Of a DNA stretch of 16,733 nt, positions 14,955 through 16,733 are shown in pieces. Below the pieces are notes generated by a model. It was not told the DNA's origin, did no database searches, and worked only from the letters and a program-made list of their open reading frames with translations. Position numbers and translations under genes: made by a program. Positions within the stretch are counted from its first letter, which is position 1. Each line of letters starts with the position of its first letter. Source of the DNA: Candidatus Krumholzibacteriota bacterium (GTDB lineage Bacteria > Krumholzibacteriota > Krumholzibacteriia > LZORAL124-64-63); the NCBI GenBank assembly GCA_039714075.1, contig JBDLKA010000081.1:1-16733 (forward strand), given 5' to 3'.

Positions 14955-15848
14955 ATGAACGGTGCTTCTAGCTATTCCGGCCTGGTCGACAAGGCCTTCA
15001 TCTTCATCCTGGGCACGTCGGTCCTGCTGCTGGTGGGACTGACCGCGGTGATGATCTACTTTCTGGTGCGTTACCGCCGGTCGAAGAATCCGAACCCCGC
15101 CCAGATCGCCGACAACACCACCCTGGAAACCCTGTGGACGGTGCTGCCGACCATCCTGGTGCTGGTGATGTTCTATTACGGCTGGGCCGGGTTCAAGGTC
15201 ATGCGGGACATTCCCGAAAACGCCATGCCGGTCACGGTGAAGGCGCAGATGTGGTCGTGGGTTTTCGAATATGAAAACGGCAAGCAGTCCACCGAGTTGA
15301 TCGTGCCGGCCGGCAGGCCGGTTAAGCTCAACCTGACTTCGTCGGATGTGATCCACAGTTTCTTCGTACCGGCCTTCCGCCTGAAGGAAGACTGCGTGCC
15401 CGGGCGCACCAACCACGCCTGGTTCGAGGCCACCCGCGAAGGAGAGTTCAACCTGTTCTGCGCCGAATACTGCGGCGAGCGGCACAGCGCCATGCTGTCG
15501 CTGGTCAAGTCCATCCCGGGCAAGGAGTTCGATGAATGGCTGGGCGTTGATACGGGCCCGCCGGCAGGCACCCAGCTGCTGACGCTCAAGGGCTGCGTGG
15601 CCTGTCACACCATCGACGGTTCCAAGTTGATCGCGCCCACCTTCAAGGGCATGTTCGGAAGCACGGAAACCGTGGTGACCGATGGTGTCAGCCGCCAGGT
15701 AACCGTGGACGAGGAGTACATCCGCAATTCGATTCTCGACCCCAACGCCGATCTGGTCGAGGGCTACCAGGCGCTCATGCCGCCGCAGCGTGATTTGTTG
15801 ACGGACGAGGAGATCGACGCCATCATCGAGGTTCTGAAGGAACTGTAG
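14955..15848 (+). CDS. coxB: Cytochrome c oxidase subunit II with fused C-terminal cytochrome c
   Basis: 297 aa with two TM helices, WSWVFEY, CuA ligands DVIHSF and CAEYCGERHSAM, heme c motif CVACH and a distal Met (ALMPP). Confidence 0.96.
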   Translation: MNGASSYSGLVDKAFIFILGTSVLLLVGLTAVMIYFLVRYRRSKNPNPAQIADNTTLETLWTVLPTILVLVMFYYGWAGFKVMRDIPENAMPVTVKAQMWSWVFEYENGKQSTELIVPAGRPVKLNLTSSDVIHSFFVPAFRLKEDCVPGRTNHAWFEATREGEFNLFCAEYCGERHSAMLSLVKSIPGKEFDEWLGVDTGPPAGTQLLTLKGCVACHTIDGSKLIAPTFKGMFGSTETVVTDGVSRQVTVDEEYIRNSILDPNADLVEGYQALMPPQRDLLTDEEIDAIIEVLKEL

Positions 15849-15876
15849 AAGGGACTTCGAACCCGAGAGCGGCGCG

Positions 15877-16733
15877 ATGAAACCCTGGCTGGAACTGCTG
15901 AAACTCCGCATCACGGTGGCCTCGACCGTGACCACTTTCGTGGGTTACGTGATGGCGCGGGGGCAGGTGGATATGCCGCTGGTGCCCGTCCTGGCCGGCA
16001 TCATGCTGCAGGCCTGCGGCGCGGCCGCGCTGAACCAGGTGCAGGACGCGGCCGTCGACGCCAGGATGCCCCGCACCGCCGGGCGTCCCATCCCTTCGGG
16101 ACGCGTGAACCGGACCGCTGCCTTTTTCTACTCCCTGTTTTTGCTGGCTGCCGGATCGGCCCTGCTGTGGACGGTGTCCGGAACGGCCGCGCTGCTGGGT
16201 CTGGCCGCGGGCGTGGTCTACAACGGCGTCTACACTCCCCTGAAACGCGTTACCCCTTTTGCGGCCTTGCCGGGTTCGTTCATCGGCGCCTTGCCGCCGG
16301 TGGTGGGTTGGGTTGCCGCCGGTGGATACCTTTCGGATCCCACCATGCACCTGGTCGCGTTCTTTTTCTTCCTGTGGCAGATTCCCCACTTCTGGCTATT
16401 GCTGCTGTTCTATGAAAAGGATTACGCCGACGGCGGGATGCCTTCGATGTTCGACCGCTTCGACCGGAAGCAGATCGTCCGGCTGACCTTCCTGTGGATC
16501 GCCGCGGTGTGTGTGGCCGCCCTGATGATTCCCATGGCCGCGATGTTCGATCACAAGCCCGCCGCCTGGGTGATCGCGGCGGCCGGATTGTTGGTCGTGG
16601 CGCGGGCTGCAAGCCTGTTGAGGGTGGATGCCGGTAACCTGGCGCGGTTCGTGCGCAGCTGCCGCATCCGCTTCATGGAGATCAACACTTTCGCCCTGTT
16701 GGTGTCGACGGTTCTGGTAGTCGATTCCCTGGT
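15877..16733 (+). CDS. ctaB: Protoheme IX farnesyltransferase (heme O synthase), 3' end beyond the window
   Basis: Not in the ORF track because it has no stop. Manual translation gives MKPWLELLKLRI..ALNQVQDAAVDARMPRTAGRPIPSGR..VYTPLKR..GALPPVVGW..LWQIPHFW, open to the window end. Confidence 0.93.
   Translation, partial: MKPWLELLKLRITVASTVTTFVGYVMARGQVDMPLVPVLAGIMLQACGAAALNQVQDAAVDARMPRTAGRPIPSGRVNRTAAFFYSLFLLAAGSALLWTVSGTAALLGLAAGVVYNGVYTPLKRVTPFAALPGSFIGALPPVVGWVAAGGYLSDPTMHLVAFFFFLWQIPHFWLLLLFYEKDYADGGMPSMFDRFDRKQIVRLTFLWIAAVCVAALMIPMAAMFDHKPAAWVIAAAGLLVVARAASLLRVDAGNLARFVRSCRIRFMEINTFALLVSTVLVVDSL

Noticed and set aside
15851..15864. gggacttcgaaccc as a tRNA T-arm remnant or att site
   Set aside because: The loop size is wrong, there is no other tRNA structure and no integrase nearby.
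11355..16389. Long minus-strand ORFs (11355..12338, 12505..14007, 13983..15935, 15823..16389)
   Set aside because: They are antisense shadows of the sco-cox-ctaB genes.

Overview
GC-rich bacterial window. The FlgD/T9SS-like C-terminal tail suggests an FCB-superphylum lineage such as Krumholzibacteriota, Latescibacterota or Eisenbacteria (inference). The minus strand, read left to right, carries two tandem paralogous lipoprotein metzincin-type proteases (the first cut off by the window edge), a secreted multi-OB-fold protein with a FlgD/T9SS-like tail, gpmI, a small stand-alone cNMP-binding-like protein, a two-TM receptor with a Cache-like sensor fused to a cytoplasmic Schlafen/AlbA_2 domain, and a secreted S9 peptidase. 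After an AT-rich divergent intergenic region, the plus strand carries an A2-type heme-copper oxidase operon (sco-coxA-coxC-coxD-coxB-ctaB, last gene truncated). The most unusual element is the putative receptor-ribonuclease (Cache-TM-Schlafen, catalytic ExxxxExK intact), which is translationally coupled to the degenerate cNMP-binding protein and sits directly upstream of gpmI. All family assignments come from motif recognition by eye; no database search was run.
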